A stretch of 50,711 nucleotides of DNA from a bacterium (lineage in GTDB: Bacteria > Zhuqueibacterota > Zhuqueibacteria > Oceanimicrobiales > Oceanimicrobiaceae). Each line of letters opens with the position of its first letter. The stretch's first letter is position 1. Location of the stretch: positions 1 to 50,711 of the forward strand of contig JBHHXN010000017.1 in NCBI GenBank assembly GCA_046757025.1, written 5' to 3'. The position numbers and the translations under genes are program-made. A model generated the notes under the pieces. The model did not search any database. It saw only the letters and a list, made by a program, of their open reading frames with translations, and had not been told where the DNA came from. Below, one piece after another: positions 49,496 through 50,711 of the stretch.

Positions 49496-50266
49496 ATGAT
49501 CAAAAGACTTTTAAGCATTTCCATATTCTGCTTGTGGGCGGGTGCGGCGAGTCAGGTCTGGAGTCAGCTCGATCTCAGTCCGCCCGCTATGATTAACCTG
49601 AGCACACTAAATGACACCACCGTCGCCATTCCCTTAAACTTGCAGAACCCCGACTCCAACGCCATCAAAGCTTTCGGGCTGCGAATCATTTATCCGACGC
49701 AGCTTTTGACCTTTAAACACACCGACAACGCCAACACCCTGACCGATGGCTGGATCACCGCCAAGGGTCAGGAAAACGAGCCCGGTGTCATCGTCGTTGG
49801 CGGGTTTAACACCACGGCCATCACCGCATCGGGCGTTTTGATGAAGGTGGTATTTGCTGTGACCGGCACCGTGGGTTCGGATACCCTAAAACTCACCAAC
49901 TTTGCCGACGACCTGGCCGAAGCCACCACCACAGACGGAGCCGTTTTCCACCTGTTTACTTCAGTTGAGAACGCACCCGAAACGCCCGGCCAGTTTGCGC
50001 TTTTGCCAAACTACCCGAATCCCTTCAATCCGCGGACCACCATCCGCTACTTCCTGCCCAGAACTGCGCAGGTGGAATTGAAAATTTTCAACATGGTGGG
50101 TCAGCCCATCAGGACGTTAGTGGAGGCTGAACAACCAGCGGGTTTACAATCCGTGGTGTGGGATGGTAAAAATGACCGGGGTGAAGGGGTAAGCAGCGGT
50201 GCTTATTTTTACAAAATCGTGGCAGATGATTTCACGAAAATTAGGCGGCTTCTTTTTTTGAAATAA
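49496..50266 (+). CDS. Secreted cohesin-like + FlgD-Ig/T9SS-tail protein
   Basis: Paralogous to the previous gene (QLDLSPP, IPLNL.N, AFG, TLTDGW, GQEN, GGFN, DDLA); NYPNPFNP tail. Confidence 0.88.
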   Translation: MIKRLLSISIFCLWAGAASQVWSQLDLSPPAMINLSTLNDTTVAIPLNLQNPDSNAIKAFGLRIIYPTQLLTFKHTDNANTLTDGWITAKGQENEPGVIVVGGFNTTAITASGVLMKVVFAVTGTVGSDTLKLTNFADDLAEATTTDGAVFHLFTSVENAPETPGQFALLPNYPNPFNPRTTIRYFLPRTAQVELKIFNMVGQPIRTLVEAEQPAGLQSVVWDGKNDRGEGVSSGAYFYKIVADDFTKIRRLLFLK

Positions 50267-50516
50267 TAGCCCACACTCTGCTCAATTTCATTTCATCATT
50301 TTAAACAAAGAAGTGTCAGAGCACGGAATCACCTCAACACTACGACCAAATAAACTGACAGTCCTACCTTTTTTGAAGCAGATGGCTGCACTTTAATATT
50401 TTATCCGTTAGATTTATTTGTGAATTGATATTTGCTAATCGTATTCATTTTGCTTATATTTAATTTGTAGTGCATAATTCCTATTAGAGGTTAATTTTCA
50501 AAAAAGAAACCCTTGA

Positions 50517-50711
50517 TGTCATTCTGTAAGAATCTTTTTACATTTACAGCATCCTTTGAATCAAAAAAGATTCCTCCTGAATGACAAAAGCCCGGAATCC
50601 GACTTTTCACACAGGCTCTGAAGAGGCTGTGTGAAAACATGGTAATACAAGCCTCTGGTTTGTTTAAACAGATCTATGCGTATCTCGTAATAAGCACTCC
50701 TGGCTGTCATT
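50517..50711. mobile_element. Two abutting family-B MITE ends; the second element runs off the window
   Basis: TGTCATTC...GAATGACA repeat, then GACTTTTCACACAGGCTCT (50601-50619) and AGAGGCTGTGTGAAAA (50622-50637). Confidence 0.65.

Overview
Bacterial chromosomal window of about 50.7 kb. Four proteins carry FlgD-Ig/T9SS-type C-terminal tails, there is a short region-1.1-less SigA, and promoters (TTGAC-N17-TAnnTT) and Shine-Dalgarno sites are canonical. I infer an FCB-group organism such as KSB1, Calditrichota or Ignavibacteria. Ordinary genes: Thr/Ser dehydratase, fbp, M1 and M28 peptidases, a sensor-less kinase plus receiver, sigA, pdxB, alpha-2-macroglobulin plus pbpC, a GldA/GldFG/DUF4340 ABC operon, Uma2, a lipid kinase, an HD protein, DUF3810 and DinB. 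Most notable: (1) a three-gene cluster at 43900-50266 whose secreted products combine a beta-helix enzyme/adhesin, a symmetric dockerin, three paralogous cohesin-like domains and sorting tails, a candidate non-cellulosomal cohesin-dockerin assembly; (2) a macrodomain-ylxR-(52-aa bridging ORF)-L7Ae-5-formyl-THF cyclo-ligase operon detached from nusA/infB; (3) many nested MITE/REP-like elements in the spacers, including an empty/filled pair differing by exactly two 24-bp hairpin units; (4) unannotated tyrosine-recombinase and resolvase relics at 14.1-14.6 kb. No rRNA, tRNA or CRISPR array was seen. All family calls come from reading motifs by eye, without database searches.
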